Shown in pieces: positions 52,270 to 62,015 of a DNA stretch of 64,000 nt. The number at the start of each line of letters is the position of its first letter. Position 1 is the stretch's first letter. The stretch comes from a virus (Duplodnaviria > Caudoviricetes): IMG/VR virus record IMGVR_UViG_3300030104_001945, positions 234 to 64,233 of that record; one strand, written 5' to 3'. A program made the position numbers and the translations under genes. The notes under the pieces were generated by a model. The model made no database searches, was not told the origin of the DNA, and was given only the letters and a program-made list of their open reading frames with translations.

Positions 52270-52326
52270 CTGTTTTTTTGTTCTTAAAAATAATTAATAT
52301 ATTAAAGTAACAGAAAGGAAAAATTT
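52268..52326 (+). promoter_or_regulatory. Early promoter plus SD
   Basis: GTTTTT-17-TAATAT then AGAAAGG. Confidence 0.6.
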
Positions 52327-53091
52327 ATGGATAATAAAGAATCTATAAAAAGCAAAATACAAAAGCTATTAGCTTTATCTCGTGACGAAGGTGCGAGTGA
52401 AGCAGAAGCTGCTTTTGCATTTAAGAAAGCTCACGAACTTCTGGCAACTTACAATTTAGATTTATCGGATATTAAACAAGTTAATGCTGACGAAATTCTA
52501 CATGAAAAGTTAATAGAAGCCATGCGAGATGAATGGATTAAAACTTTATATACCGCTACTTCCAAATTATATTTTTGTAAATATTTTTATGGCACTAAAA
52601 GAGTAGTAGATAATATGTATAAAGAATCCAATAAAGTAGTACATCATATAATTGGTAGAGATCATAATATTGAGATTACTAAAAGTATGGTAACTTATTT
52701 TGTTGATACTATAAAACGAATGGGAGAATCACATATCGCTCCTCTACCAGGCGATGGTAGACAATTAAATAAGATAAGACGAAATTATGAATTAGGTATC
52801 GCTCACCGATTGCGTGAACGTATTATAGAACTCTGGGCAGCTAGTGTTCGTCATGATCCCTCTGATAAAGTAGAGAATCAAAATAAAAATCTTCCTGCTC
52901 TCTATAAAACAGAATTACAACTCTGTGAAGATAGATTAAAGAAAGATGGAATAAGGTTATCTTCAAGAAGAAGTGGCTCAAGTATAACAGCCGGCGCAGC
53001 TTATAATAATGGTAAGCGTGACGGTAATAATGTTAATCTAAGTGGTCAGATAACCGGAGGGAGGGCGTCACGTCATCTTCTAAGCAATTAG
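52327..53091 (+). CDS. DUF2786-like protein
   Basis: KIQKLLALS...ASEAEA..A..KA.ELL..YNL N-terminus. Confidence 0.75.
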   Translation: MDNKESIKSKIQKLLALSRDEGASEAEAAFAFKKAHELLATYNLDLSDIKQVNADEILHEKLIEAMRDEWIKTLYTATSKLYFCKYFYGTKRVVDNMYKESNKVVHHIIGRDHNIEITKSMVTYFVDTIKRMGESHIAPLPGDGRQLNKIRRNYELGIAHRLRERIIELWAASVRHDPSDKVENQNKNLPALYKTELQLCEDRLKKDGIRLSSRRSGSSITAGAAYNNGKRDGNNVNLSGQITGGRASRHLLSN

Positions 53092-53108
53092 ACATAAATA
53101 AGACACCG

Positions 53109-53372
53109 ATGGTTCGTATCACGTGGTTAGATGCACGTGATACGGAAACCGGGTGGCTTGATATAAAAGATGTCATTGAAGCACCTTTAGCAATATGCCA
53201 AGAAGTTGGTTGGATGGTCGTTAATAATAATGAGAAAGTTGTTATTATGCGTTCTTACAGTAAAGATAAAGATGAAGTATCTGGCGGTGGGTCAATTGCT
53301 ATCCCTAAAGGTTGGATAACTAAAATAGAATACTTGGAGGTATCATATGGAGAAAGAAGCGATAATAGGTAA
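53109..53372 (+). CDS. Conserved small phage protein
   Basis: ITWLDA...GW...VGW...IPKGWI. Confidence 0.65.
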   Translation: MVRITWLDARDTETGWLDIKDVIEAPLAICQEVGWMVVNNNEKVVIMRSYSKDKDEVSGGGSIAIPKGWITKIEYLEVSYGERSDNR

Positions 53373-54051
53373 TGTATTCGGCAAAACTATTTATAAATCG
53401 TCAATCAAGGATCATCAATATTTAAATGGTAAAGTTGGACCTCTTATTAAGAAATTTGTAAAACAGAAACCAGGAAGTGTAGCTGCAACGACAGATGTAG
53501 AAGGTAATCTTAAAGCAACGATATTAGAAAATGCAGTTGATAATTTACATTTACAAGATGACTATAAAGAATTGTTTGATGCATTATCTTTTGATATAAA
53601 AGGATTTATGGCAGCGAAATCTTATGACGATAGTAAGTTTGATATAAACATTACTAAAGCATGGGCAACTTATACGAGTAAGGGACAAAATATCCCTTCA
53701 CATAAACATACTGCGTCACATTTTAGTTGTGTATATTATGTGCATAACGAAGGTATGGGCGATATTAAATTTGAACAGGAACTTTATTCTCATGATGGAT
53801 TTTTTATTCCACCAACAGAGGCTTATATAAAAGAATGGAATCAATTTAATTTTGCAAGTTATAAATTTGAAGTAAAGTCAGGGGATTTTATTATATTCCC
53901 CAGTAGTTTACTTCATCAAACTGAAACTAATAATAAAGATGATGCTAGAATAAGTATTTCAGCAGATATTCTTTTAACAATGAAAGAGGGGGTTAGTACA
54001 GAGCACTGTATTCCAAGTCCAAAAACTTGGAAAACAATATATACTTCATAA
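53347..54051 (+). CDS. 2OG-Fe(II) oxygenase (TIGR02466-like)
   Basis: HKH...SCVYY...GDFIIFPSSLLH...RISIS. Confidence 0.82.
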   Translation: MEKEAIIGNVFGKTIYKSSIKDHQYLNGKVGPLIKKFVKQKPGSVAATTDVEGNLKATILENAVDNLHLQDDYKELFDALSFDIKGFMAAKSYDDSKFDINITKAWATYTSKGQNIPSHKHTASHFSCVYYVHNEGMGDIKFEQELYSHDGFFIPPTEAYIKEWNQFNFASYKFEVKSGDFIIFPSSLLHQTETNNKDDARISISADILLTMKEGVSTEHCIPSPKTWKTIYTS

Positions 54052-54287
54052 GAAGTTTATATTATAGTGAGTGATGTCGTTTTTAGTCGCTCACAAAGTG
54101 AAAGTTACTTACACAGATTTTAGAGATAAAATAAAAACATATAGTTTTGAAGAGTATGATAGTCCTCTATTGTATCCTCGCATTTCTTATATTGTTAATC
54201 TTATTGAAGATGTTAAGTACATCATGGATATTAATATCGTTCCTGATATTAATAAGAAAGTCAAAGACTATCCATTCGATGAGTTAA

Positions 54288-54596
54288 ATGGAAGTCCCAC
54301 AATACATTAGGAGAAAAATGAGCAATATATTTTATGCGAATAAAGAATTATTACAGACGTACAATAAATATAACAGAGATAAATTTAATCATGGTTACTC
54401 TGATAAAGAATTTGAAGATTTAGACGAGACAGTTATGTATCCAGTATCGAGAGTTGATAAAAGTAAAAAAGATAAGAATCATAGAGTTTACCAGTTTTTA
54501 TTGAACGATAAGGGTAAATTCTGCGTTTTCTATTTAGATGAAGATAATTCAGCGAAGCTTCAGTCAATGGAAATACCGAACAAATTAATTAACTAA
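54288..54596 (+). CDS. Hypothetical protein (start probably 54318)
   Basis: AGGAG precedes ATG 54318. Confidence 0.55.
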   Translation: MEVPQYIRRKMSNIFYANKELLQTYNKYNRDKFNHGYSDKEFEDLDETVMYPVSRVDKSKKDKNHRVYQFLLNDKGKFCVFYLDEDNSAKLQSMEIPNKLIN

Positions 54597-54659
54597 TTTG
54601 TTTAACGTGTTTTAAAAAAGTTTATTATAAGAAATAACCATAAAGAAAGGAAAAACATT
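54596..54659 (+). promoter_or_regulatory. Early promoter plus SD
   Basis: GTTTAA(54600)-17-TATTAT, AGAAAGG. Confidence 0.75.
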
Positions 54660-55004
54660 ATGGCAGAAGAAAAAATGAGAAGGTATCTTGTTATCCACGA
54701 ATCTGGAGGTGTTACGCACGAAGCCATTCCCTTTAAGAAGAAGTGGGATTTAGCTACACTTCAAAGTAAAGTTAAAGGCGATGCCCCTACAGGATACATC
54801 GAGAGTGTAAAACTTAAAATCCAAGGTAAAAAGTATCAATGTTGGGCTAACGAAGAAGGTCGAGATTACTTAAAACCTAATCTTAAAGCCAGTAAATACT
54901 ATCACTCTTATCATTTCGGTGAAGAAAAAGTCGCTGACGGTACAGCTGGTATTTGTGGTCCTGTTATCGTAGAAAACTTTAAGGGCGATCACTTGAGTGT
55001 ATGA
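54660..55004 (+). CDS. DUF3846-like hypothetical protein
   Basis: LQSKV.G...GYIE...NEEG...L.PN..A...ICGPV. Confidence 0.6.
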   Translation: MAEEKMRRYLVIHESGGVTHEAIPFKKKWDLATLQSKVKGDAPTGYIESVKLKIQGKKYQCWANEEGRDYLKPNLKASKYYHSYHFGEEKVADGTAGICGPVIVENFKGDHLSV

Positions 55005-55264
55005 CACGAGAAGAAAGAAAATTAACTATGAAAGTCGACCTCTTAGAAGGTCGGCTATCCATTAAAGACCATGAGATAAAAGGTCTCAATTTAATGCTAG
55101 ACGAGAAAATTAAACAATGCATTATGCTACGAAAAGAATTATTTAAACTGAGAGGAAAACATAATGATAACTAATATTTTATTAGGACTAATTTTATTAT
55201 CATTAATTGCTATCGCTTTCATGGTGTTTGTCATGGGACGTATGATAGATGAAAGGAGTAAAAA

Positions 55265-55678
55265 ATGATTCCCTTCTGCGAGAACTGCAAAGATTTATAT
55301 AAAGTAAAAGTCGTGTTTGAAGGTGAAGAAAGCGAGATAGATTGTAATAAATGTACTTATGACCGTTTATCTCGCCAATTAGAATGTGGAACTATCACTA
55401 AATTATTTGACGTGTTAAAAGGTGATCGCATCCAATTTCTTGATCATTGGCATGCTATTGAAAATGATGAATTAGATTACTCATTTAAAAGAGGTATCGT
55501 GAAAGAGTATCAACGAAATTATAGAAATGGACATCTGATAGGATATTCGATAGAAGTTCAACTTCTTGATTACCACGAAGAATTAGATGAGTGGGATAAT
55601 AAATTAATCTTTATGGACGTTGATGCAAACTGGCACGATAGACTTTATGAAAACATGAAAGTTATAGTCTATGAGTGA
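55265..55678 (+). CDS. Hypothetical protein with zinc-finger
   Basis: CENC...CNKC; AAAGGAG SD. Confidence 0.6.
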   Translation: MIPFCENCKDLYKVKVVFEGEESEIDCNKCTYDRLSRQLECGTITKLFDVLKGDRIQFLDHWHAIENDELDYSFKRGIVKEYQRNYRNGHLIGYSIEVQLLDYHEELDEWDNKLIFMDVDANWHDRLYENMKVIVYE

Positions 55679-56135
55679 TGACATCTTAGAAATCCCTGAG
55701 TTCTTACGCAACTTAGATGACGGACCGAAAGTTAAAAGAGTATGGGTCAATCCTATTACTGAAACGAAAGAGACAAAACGAGATGATGGCACTATTCTCA
55801 TTCGACATATCACGATAGAAGAAGGATATTATATGGTCGATGGAGTAAGAGAGGAGAAAGAAAAACCTAAAACTAAGTGGACTGATAAAAAACCTAAGAG
55901 GAGTAATGGCAAGAAACGAGAGCAGTGGCTCACGGACATCATATGCAATAATCCTGACTTAACTCGTGTCGAACTTTATAAACATATTAGAGATAATCAA
56001 TTAGAGCCTCATGAAGGATTTGTTAATCATAAGAATTTCCAAGCACATTTAAGAAGTATTTTGATAAGATTAAAAAAGAATGGTATCTTAAGGTTAGAGA
56101 ATAATAGATATTTAATTAGAAGCAGAAAAAAGTAG
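55671..56135 (+). CDS. Hypothetical protein, possible winged-helix
   Basis: LEIPEFLR N-terminus; basic helical C-terminus. Confidence 0.55.
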   Translation: MSDDILEIPEFLRNLDDGPKVKRVWVNPITETKETKRDDGTILIRHITIEEGYYMVDGVREEKEKPKTKWTDKKPKRSNGKKREQWLTDIICNNPDLTRVELYKHIRDNQLEPHEGFVNHKNFQAHLRSILIRLKKNGILRLENNRYLIRSRKK

Positions 56136-56460
56136 CGTTTGACTAGTTGTCACCGGTAACTGCTTCGAGCAAGGGGACTACGAGTGTTTCTTGATCAGAT
56201 GGCTCATCCCTTTGCGAAGCTCGTAGTAAGCGGCACTGAGGGCCTTTCTATAAACGAGGATAAATAAATAAGCAAAGCGCAGAACCTTACTTGAGCAGCT
56301 GAGACACTGCGCAAGGTAGAGTGGAGTTCAAGTCCCTGATTGACACTTGCTCCACTCATTAAAGGGCGACTGAGAGTTTGTACTTGGGAGAAATCCTATT
56401 GGCACAGCTTCACTGTAAGGAGTACATTCACCACTAGAAGGGGAGGTCGCCCTTAAACAA
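56136..56460 (+). ncRNA. Candidate structured non-coding RNA
   Basis: GC-richer 325 nt gap with many helices (e.g. 56319-26/56350-57, 56362-70/56446-54). Confidence 0.55.
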
Positions 56461-56475
56461 TAGAAAGGAAAAAAT

Positions 56476-56760
56476 ATGCCTAATGATGATTTAGATTTAG
56501 TTGATAAAATTAGAGAGTACATTGAGTATGATGTAAGAGATGGTTCACAAACAGATAATCTTTATTTTGGTAAAGATAAAGGTTCTATTTATTGGGTACC
56601 TGGAGCTGAATGTTGGTGTTATTTATGTGGAGATAAGACTGAATGGGGCCAAGTTGATGATTTATTAGATGAGATAGATGATAAAATAATTTTATTTTAT
56701 TATGAAGAAAATAAAGAGGATATTGCCGATTGGGCGAGAGGAAGAGGATATACATTGTGA
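56476..56760 (+). CDS. Acidic hypothetical protein
   Basis: AGAAAGG SD; D/E-rich. Confidence 0.65.
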   Translation: MPNDDLDLVDKIREYIEYDVRDGSQTDNLYFGKDKGSIYWVPGAECWCYLCGDKTEWGQVDDLLDEIDDKIILFYYEENKEDIADWARGRGYTL

Positions 56761-57413
56761 TAATTACAAAACAAAAAGTTTTTGACCCAAGGTTAAATCG
56801 TTTTAGAGATATTACAGACAAAGAAGAATTGGAGAGGGATTTAGATTTTTATCTGAGATATAGAACTGGTAATACTTGCGAGATTAAAAAAACAAAAAAG
56901 AAATTAAAAGAGGTTAAAAAAGAACTTCAAGAGACATTAAAAAATCTTTTTGAAAAGAGGAAGTTTATAAACAATAAGGTTAAAACTCTCAGAAATAAAC
57001 AGAAGAAAGGATAAATTATGACAGAAAAAACATATACAATTACAATTACTGAAAAAGAATTAAATGTTATTAAAAATGATATAACTTTAAAAGCTATGGC
57101 AGGGAAATTAGAGTTTGATGAAAGTCTTATGATAATAGGTAAAGCTATTCATAAGCAAATAATAAACAAAGATAAGAAAAAATAGGTATAATTAGGTATA
57201 AAATTAGATTATCTTTTAAGAAACAATAGAAAGGAAAATTATGTTAAAAGTTATAGCAGTATTTAGTGTTAGTATAACAATGTCGTTATCAATATATTTA
57301 TTTAGTTATGATATATTTAATATCGCTCACGTAGCCTGGATTCATTATATTATACCCTTCACTGTCGGTGTAGTATTCGCAGCAAGTAGTATAATGATGT
57401 ATGTAGATAGTCA

Positions 57414-57908
57414 GTGAATATATTTTATTTACACTCTCACCCTTTAGTTGCAGCACATTATCATTGCGATAAGCACGTACCGAAGATGATTTTAGAGTCA
57501 GCTCAAATGTTAAGTATAGTCGCACGTTCTAATGGCTTTGACGTTGGCTATAAGATGAATATCAATGGCGCTTTCTCCAAGCATCCAGCTACTTTATGGA
57601 CAGGTCAATCACGTAGGCATTACGATTTCTTATGCGAATTAGGTGATTATTTATGTGACGAGTTTTATATGCGATTTAATTCTAAAGAACATAAAACTAA
57701 ATCCCTTATTGCAGAACTTACTGCTGATGATATACGCCAAAAAATACCAGATACTGGTTGGCATCCTCCACCTCAATGTATGCCAGAGCAATATAAAGGC
57801 GTAGATCCTGTAGAGGCTTACAGAAAGTATTATCAAGCAGAAAAATCTTATTTCGCTAAATGGAATAAAGGTCGTAACGCACCATATTGGTGGGTGGATA
57901 TAGAATAA
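57414..57908 (+). CDS. Pyrimidine-dimer DNA glycosylase (DenV-like) family protein
   Basis: MNIFYL...HCDKHVPKMILESAQML...HPATLW...PQCMP...AYRKYY. Confidence 0.8.
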   Translation: MNIFYLHSHPLVAAHYHCDKHVPKMILESAQMLSIVARSNGFDVGYKMNINGAFSKHPATLWTGQSRRHYDFLCELGDYLCDEFYMRFNSKEHKTKSLIAELTADDIRQKIPDTGWHPPPQCMPEQYKGVDPVEAYRKYYQAEKSYFAKWNKGRNAPYWWVDIE

Positions 57909-57966
57909 ATAGGTTTTTAGTGAATTAAAAAAATAGTATAATAGATTTTAACCAGAAAGGAAAAAT

Positions 57967-58314
57967 ATGTTAAACGATGTAGATGTAAAAGAAATGCGAT
58001 TCAAGCAGTTATTAGAGTTGAATGCTAAAGCACTTCATGGAGGTAAAAATAGATATATCTCATTAGATTGGATTAAAGAAAACGAAGATAAATTGTTTCC
58101 TATAGGAAAAGTAGAAGGTGTTATGTCTTACACTAAACTAAAAGATATGAACTTTCTTATACCTTGGAAATTCGTTCATAATGAAGAACATTGGCGTTGT
58201 GAGATAATGTATTCTTCCGACCCAAGCGATACACCCCTATTTTTAGATATTGAATTCGAAGATTACAATAAATTACCATCAGCAACGAAAGGAGAAAAAC
58301 ATGAAACCCATTGA
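57967..58314 (+). CDS. Hypothetical early protein
   Basis: Own promoter (TATAAT at 57937) and AGAAAGG SD. Confidence 0.65.
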   Translation: MLNDVDVKEMRFKQLLELNAKALHGGKNRYISLDWIKENEDKLFPIGKVEGVMSYTKLKDMNFLIPWKFVHNEEHWRCEIMYSSDPSDTPLFLDIEFEDYNKLPSATKGEKHETH

Positions 58315-58454
58315 TCAATTTTGGAATCACGTAAGAATTTTACAGGAAGCGATGCGAAGGGCTTCGTCACCAGAACAAATACATTGGTGGCGTTTAAGGC
58401 TATCTAATTTTATGTTAAAATTAGAATCATACGAAAATAAGGCGTTAAATTAAC

Positions 58455-58660
58455 CTGTATATATAGAGAGCGAAATGATTTTACTGATTTTTTATTTTAC
58501 TAAATGGCAATCCCTAATCTCAATCCTCAATTCTCTATATCCACTACTAAAAACTAGGGATTACTAGTGATATTTACAAGTAATCCCTCTAATCTCCCGA
58601 GGCTAGACGCAATCTTAGGTCATTAACTCTGAGTTGTGAATTGGTCTCTATATAATAAAG
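58455..58660. repeat. Intergenic region with inverted repeats and AATCY iterations (candidate origin)
   Basis: TATATAGAGA 58460-69 / TCTCTATATA 58645-54; AGGGATTACT / AGTAATCCCT; repeated AATCC/AATCT. Confidence 0.45.
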
Positions 58661-58668
58661 GAAAAACA

Positions 58669-58734
58669 ATGGATTTTTTTACTATTTTGACTATATTAAT
58701 TGTCGGCGGTATCATATTAATGTTTAATTCGTAA
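58669..58734 (+). CDS. Hydrophobic micropeptide (21 aa)
   Basis: MDFFTILTILIVGGIILMFNS with AAAGGA SD. Confidence 0.45.
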   Translation: MDFFTILTILIVGGIILMFNS

Positions 58735-58798
58735 AATAAAGGTATTAAATGGATTTAATAAATTTTATAATTAATTATACGCAGAAAGGAGAATCAAT

Positions 58799-59149
58799 AT
58801 GCAAACACAATCTGCTGTAACTAGCTCCGGACAAAAACCCGCAGTTAGAAAGACTAAAGCAAAGCCAAAAGTAATTAGTACACCTAGTGATAAGACTGGT
58901 GTTTTAAAGTACGATGGCGATGCGAGAATACAACTACTAGCTCCTAAAAATCCTAAAAGAGTAGGGTGCGAGGGCTGGAAAAGATTTAATCTTTACAAAA
59001 ACGGTATGAAGATTAAAGATTTCATAAAAGCTGGTGGAAAAACAATAGATTTAGACTGGGACAGAGATAGAGGCTTTATCGCTACTGAAGATAGAGACAA
59101 AGTCGGGTCGCAGAGTAAGTCGCCTAAATCAACTTTTGATATGAAATAG
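58799..59149 (+). CDS. Basic protein, NPK...RF..YK family (distant paralog of 62671 and 63429)
   Basis: KNPKRVGCEGWKRFNLYKNGMKIKDFIKAGGKTIDLDWD; promoter and AGAAAGGAG SD. Confidence 0.75.
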   Translation: MQTQSAVTSSGQKPAVRKTKAKPKVISTPSDKTGVLKYDGDARIQLLAPKNPKRVGCEGWKRFNLYKNGMKIKDFIKAGGKTIDLDWDRDRGFIATEDRDKVGSQSKSPKSTFDMK

Positions 59150-59186
59150 TTGTGTACATGGCGTCAAAACATATTAATCTTGTTTT

Positions 59187-59385
59187 GTTAAAGGTATACT
59201 ACTGTACCTTTTTCCTCCGTAGAGTAGGGGGTTCCATGGTGGAGCCCTCTACAATTAGAGATTCGCAAGAAACTGTGCTTGCGAGGTCAAGGGCAGCAGA
59301 CGTGCTGTTAGCTGAAAATGACCATTAGGAAAGTTGAAACGATACATACTACCTATAAAAGCCCTAAGAGTTTTTCAGAAAGGAT
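59187..59385 (+). ncRNA. Candidate structured RNA or long leader
   Basis: Promoter-like GTGTAC-17-TAATCT at 59152-59180 followed by consecutive hairpins with G-U pairs. Confidence 0.45.
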
Positions 59386-59388
59386 ATT

Positions 59389-59613
59389 ATGACTATACAA
59401 AATAAAGATTACGAAATAGGATCCATTCAAGTCAAAGATAACGATTACATTGGAGAAGTTCAAGATTACAGATGTCCAAGTTGTGGAAACTATTCTGTTA
59501 TTGTAGATACTAGTGATAAAGATAGTGAATCTAATGGAAAACCTGGACACGAAACTTGTTTACATAATTGCGGGCCTTTATCGTTAAGCAGACTTTTAGC
59601 AATAGGAAGTTAA
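59389..59613 (+). CDS. Small zinc-ribbon protein
   Basis: CPSC...CLHNC; AGAAAGG SD. Confidence 0.6.
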   Translation: MTIQNKDYEIGSIQVKDNDYIGEVQDYRCPSCGNYSVIVDTSDKDSESNGKPGHETCLHNCGPLSLSRLLAIGS

Positions 59614-59674
59614 TTTTGGTTTAACTTGTTATTAAAAAGTTTATTATTAATAATAACAATAGAAAGGAAAACAT
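59613..59674 (+). promoter_or_regulatory. Early promoter plus SD
   Basis: GTTTAA(59619)-17-TATTAT, AGAAAGG. Confidence 0.75.
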
Positions 59675-59956
59675 ATGGCTTTATTAGTGTTTAGAAAGAT
59701 TTCAAGAGTGACTATTTATGAGCAGCATAAATTACCTTGCCATGTCTTTAATATAGAATATTATGACGGTACTCATGGCAGACTTACCGAAGAAGATTTT
59801 AACAGACTTAAAGAAGAACATACTAAACAATTACAAGATGATAAGAAAAAGGCTGATAAGATTTATCAAGAAGATATGGAAAGAGGCGAATTAGCAGGAG
59901 AAGCAGGAATGCTACACGGTATAGATGCTTATAACGAAATGAATGGAGATAGTTAA
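59675..59956 (+). CDS. Hypothetical early protein
   Basis: Promoter and SD. Confidence 0.65.
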   Translation: MALLVFRKISRVTIYEQHKLPCHVFNIEYYDGTHGRLTEEDFNRLKEEHTKQLQDDKKKADKIYQEDMERGELAGEAGMLHGIDAYNEMNGDS

Positions 59957-60326
59957 AATGGGATACACAAATTATTGGCACCAAAAAAGAAGTTTCACTG
60001 ATGCCGAGTGGAAAGAGTTAACACAAGAATATGACTACTTAAAAGATTGTGGTAGAATAGAGCCGTATGATGAGAATCCAGATCAGATAGCTTTTAATGC
60101 AAAAGGTAATGGTTGCGAGACCTTCGTGTTAAATAAAAATTTAGATGAGTATTTTAAGAGTGAGCACATGGGCTCTTATCGCAAAGAGAGATATGAAAAA
60201 GAAGGCCATCATTTTGATTTCTGTAAAACTCGTATGTTTAGCTACGATATAGATGTTTGGCATATGTTAACAGTAGCACGTGTAGTTGCTCCAGAAACTA
60301 TAACCGAAATATCAAGAGATAGATAA
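59943..60326 (+). CDS. Conserved hypothetical phage protein (start probably 59958)
   Basis: MGYTNYW...ETF...FDFCKTR...YD. Confidence 0.7.
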   Translation: MEIVKMGYTNYWHQKRSFTDAEWKELTQEYDYLKDCGRIEPYDENPDQIAFNAKGNGCETFVLNKNLDEYFKSEHMGSYRKERYEKEGHHFDFCKTRMFSYDIDVWHMLTVARVVAPETITEISRDR

Positions 60327-60550
60327 ATGACTAATAAAATTAAATGGATAGATGAAGAAAATTTAAACAATAGCTTTATTAATAAAGGTTATTTTTATAG
60401 TGCTTCTAAATTATATATTGAAGTCTGTGTTACTAGGATTAACAGGTTTGTTAGTAAACAAATTTTAGAGAAATTTTACAATAGACCTATTAGAGTTAGA
60501 GTTAGAACATGACTGAAATAAATACATATATAAGAACACAATTATAAATA

Positions 60551-60612
60551 AATTGTTTAATCGTGTTCTTAATAGTTTATTATTAAGAATAACAAAAAGA
60601 AAGAAGAACAAA
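60551..60612 (+). promoter_or_regulatory. Early promoter plus SD
   Basis: GTTTAA(60555)-17-TATTAT, AGAAAG. Confidence 0.75.
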
Positions 60613-60840
60613 ATGACTTTTAAATGGACTTCTAAAGAATCATATAGCGAAGAAAAAGGTCAAGAATACCACTTCGATACTCATTGTCCTATGTGTAAGT
60701 CAAAAGATACTATCACAGTTAAAGGACCAGACTTATTTAATTACAATATGGGAAAGCCTATTCAAGACGCCTTCCCTTATCTTAATAGCAATAAACGAGA
60801 AAAATTAATGACGGGCATCTGTTGTATGGAGGAAGATTAA
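60613..60840 (+). CDS. Small zinc-binding protein
   Basis: CPMC...IQDAFPYL...RE.LMTGIC; start reassigned to ATG 60613. Confidence 0.7.
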   Translation: MTFKWTSKESYSEEKGQEYHFDTHCPMCKSKDTITVKGPDLFNYNMGKPIQDAFPYLNSNKREKLMTGICCMEED

Positions 60841-60841
60841 A

Positions 60842-61195
60842 ATGGATAGTTTAACATTAAAAAAACCAAGTGATTTAAAAGAATTAGTTAGCACTCAAAA
60901 AATTAAGGGCTACATAGTTTTAGACGCATACGCAGAAGATTTAAAACCTAAATATAAAAACAAATTAGAAGAAAGAACATTGCATATGGGTCGATATAAT
61001 TTAGTTAATGACAAAATGTCAGACATTTATAATAAAGAACTTCAACCTATATTTAGAACATACGAAGAAGCATTTGGTTTCGCAGAATTTTCTTATGGAA
61101 ACCATCCATCGGGTGCTACCCATACAGTACACGAAGTAGAGATAACAGTTAAACCTACAATATTAGATATAAATGGTGGGAGGGACGAAGATTAA
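60842..61195 (+). CDS. Hypothetical protein
   Basis: GGAGG SD; ORF track. Confidence 0.6.
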   Translation: MDSLTLKKPSDLKELVSTQKIKGYIVLDAYAEDLKPKYKNKLEERTLHMGRYNLVNDKMSDIYNKELQPIFRTYEEAFGFAEFSYGNHPSGATHTVHEVEITVKPTILDINGGRDED

Positions 61196-61490
61196 AATGA
61201 CACCAGAAGAAATACAAAATCTAGTTCTCAGTGCATCTAAACAGCTAGACGATATTGATGTAAGTAAAGCAAAAGAAATAGGAAAAGGTCGAAGTGCTCA
61301 AGAATATTCATTTATCGTCTATCACGATAAAGCTCCTCTTACACCTAAAACTCAATTAGGAGAGGATATCACAATCGTAGATATGTATGATGGTTGTTTC
61401 AATGTTATATTCTACATTAGAACACACATACCATTTAAAGACATTAAAATCTATATGGACAGATACGAAGATATCCTTATAAATAAATAA
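61173..61490 (+). CDS. Hypothetical protein (start probably 61197)
   Basis: ORF track. Confidence 0.55.
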   Translation: MVGGTKIKMTPEEIQNLVLSASKQLDDIDVSKAKEIGKGRSAQEYSFIVYHDKAPLTPKTQLGEDITIVDMYDGCFNVIFYIRTHIPFKDIKIYMDRYEDILINK

Positions 61491-61552
61491 ATTGTTTAAT
61501 TATGTTTTAAAAAGTTTACTATTAATAATAACAAAAAGAAAGCGAGAATGAT
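61489..61552 (+). promoter_or_regulatory. Early promoter plus SD
   Basis: GTTTAA(61494)-17-TACTAT, AGAAAGCG. Confidence 0.75.
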
Positions 61553-61810
61553 ATGAAAGAAGGACGATTAAAATATGCCGAACTTTCTAATTATGACGAA
61601 GAAGCCGGACCTTTACTTTTTGAGGGAGAAGTCGTTGGAGATTGGAGAGAAGAACACGATAGTGCTTTAGGGACATATAAATATATTAGCCTTAACACTG
61701 AATTACCCATTAGACCTGGGGATAATATACAAGCTCATTTTCACGATCATTATTTTAGTGAGCAAGATATTATTGATAACATCTTAAAAATAAAAGGAAA
61801 AACAAAATGA
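61553..61810 (+). CDS. Hypothetical early protein
   Basis: Promoter and SD. Confidence 0.6.
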   Translation: MKEGRLKYAELSNYDEEAGPLLFEGEVVGDWREEHDSALGTYKYISLNTELPIRPGDNIQAHFHDHYFSEQDIIDNILKIKGKTK

Positions 61811-62015
61811 ACGCCTTAACAAATCTATTAAAAAAGAATAAAGACAAAACTGAATTACTTGTTTTTATTCTTCAAACTTTGGATAAAGAATTTAATGCTG
61901 AAGTTCAATCAACTGATAACCCTATTGGATTAATTAGGGATAAAATTGATAGAATATTAAATAAATAAAAACCTATACATTTAACCTCCGATAAGATAAA
62001 TTGGAGGTTAATTAT

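Noticed and set aside
53347-54051. TET/JBP-type DNA base oxidase
   Set aside because: HxH...H triad and overall pattern fit the common marine-phage TIGR02466-like oxygenases, not the HxD TET/JBP family; lies outside the modification cluster
56319-56357. tRNA (GTTCAAGTC T-loop-like motif)
   Set aside because: No cloverleaf, D-arm or acceptor stem can be built; the motif sits within a simple hairpin
54600-61512. CtrA boxes (TTAA-N7-TTAA) in early promoters
   Set aside because: Spacing is 6, 7, 8 and 7 in the four best copies, and TTAA is frequent by chance in AT-rich DNA
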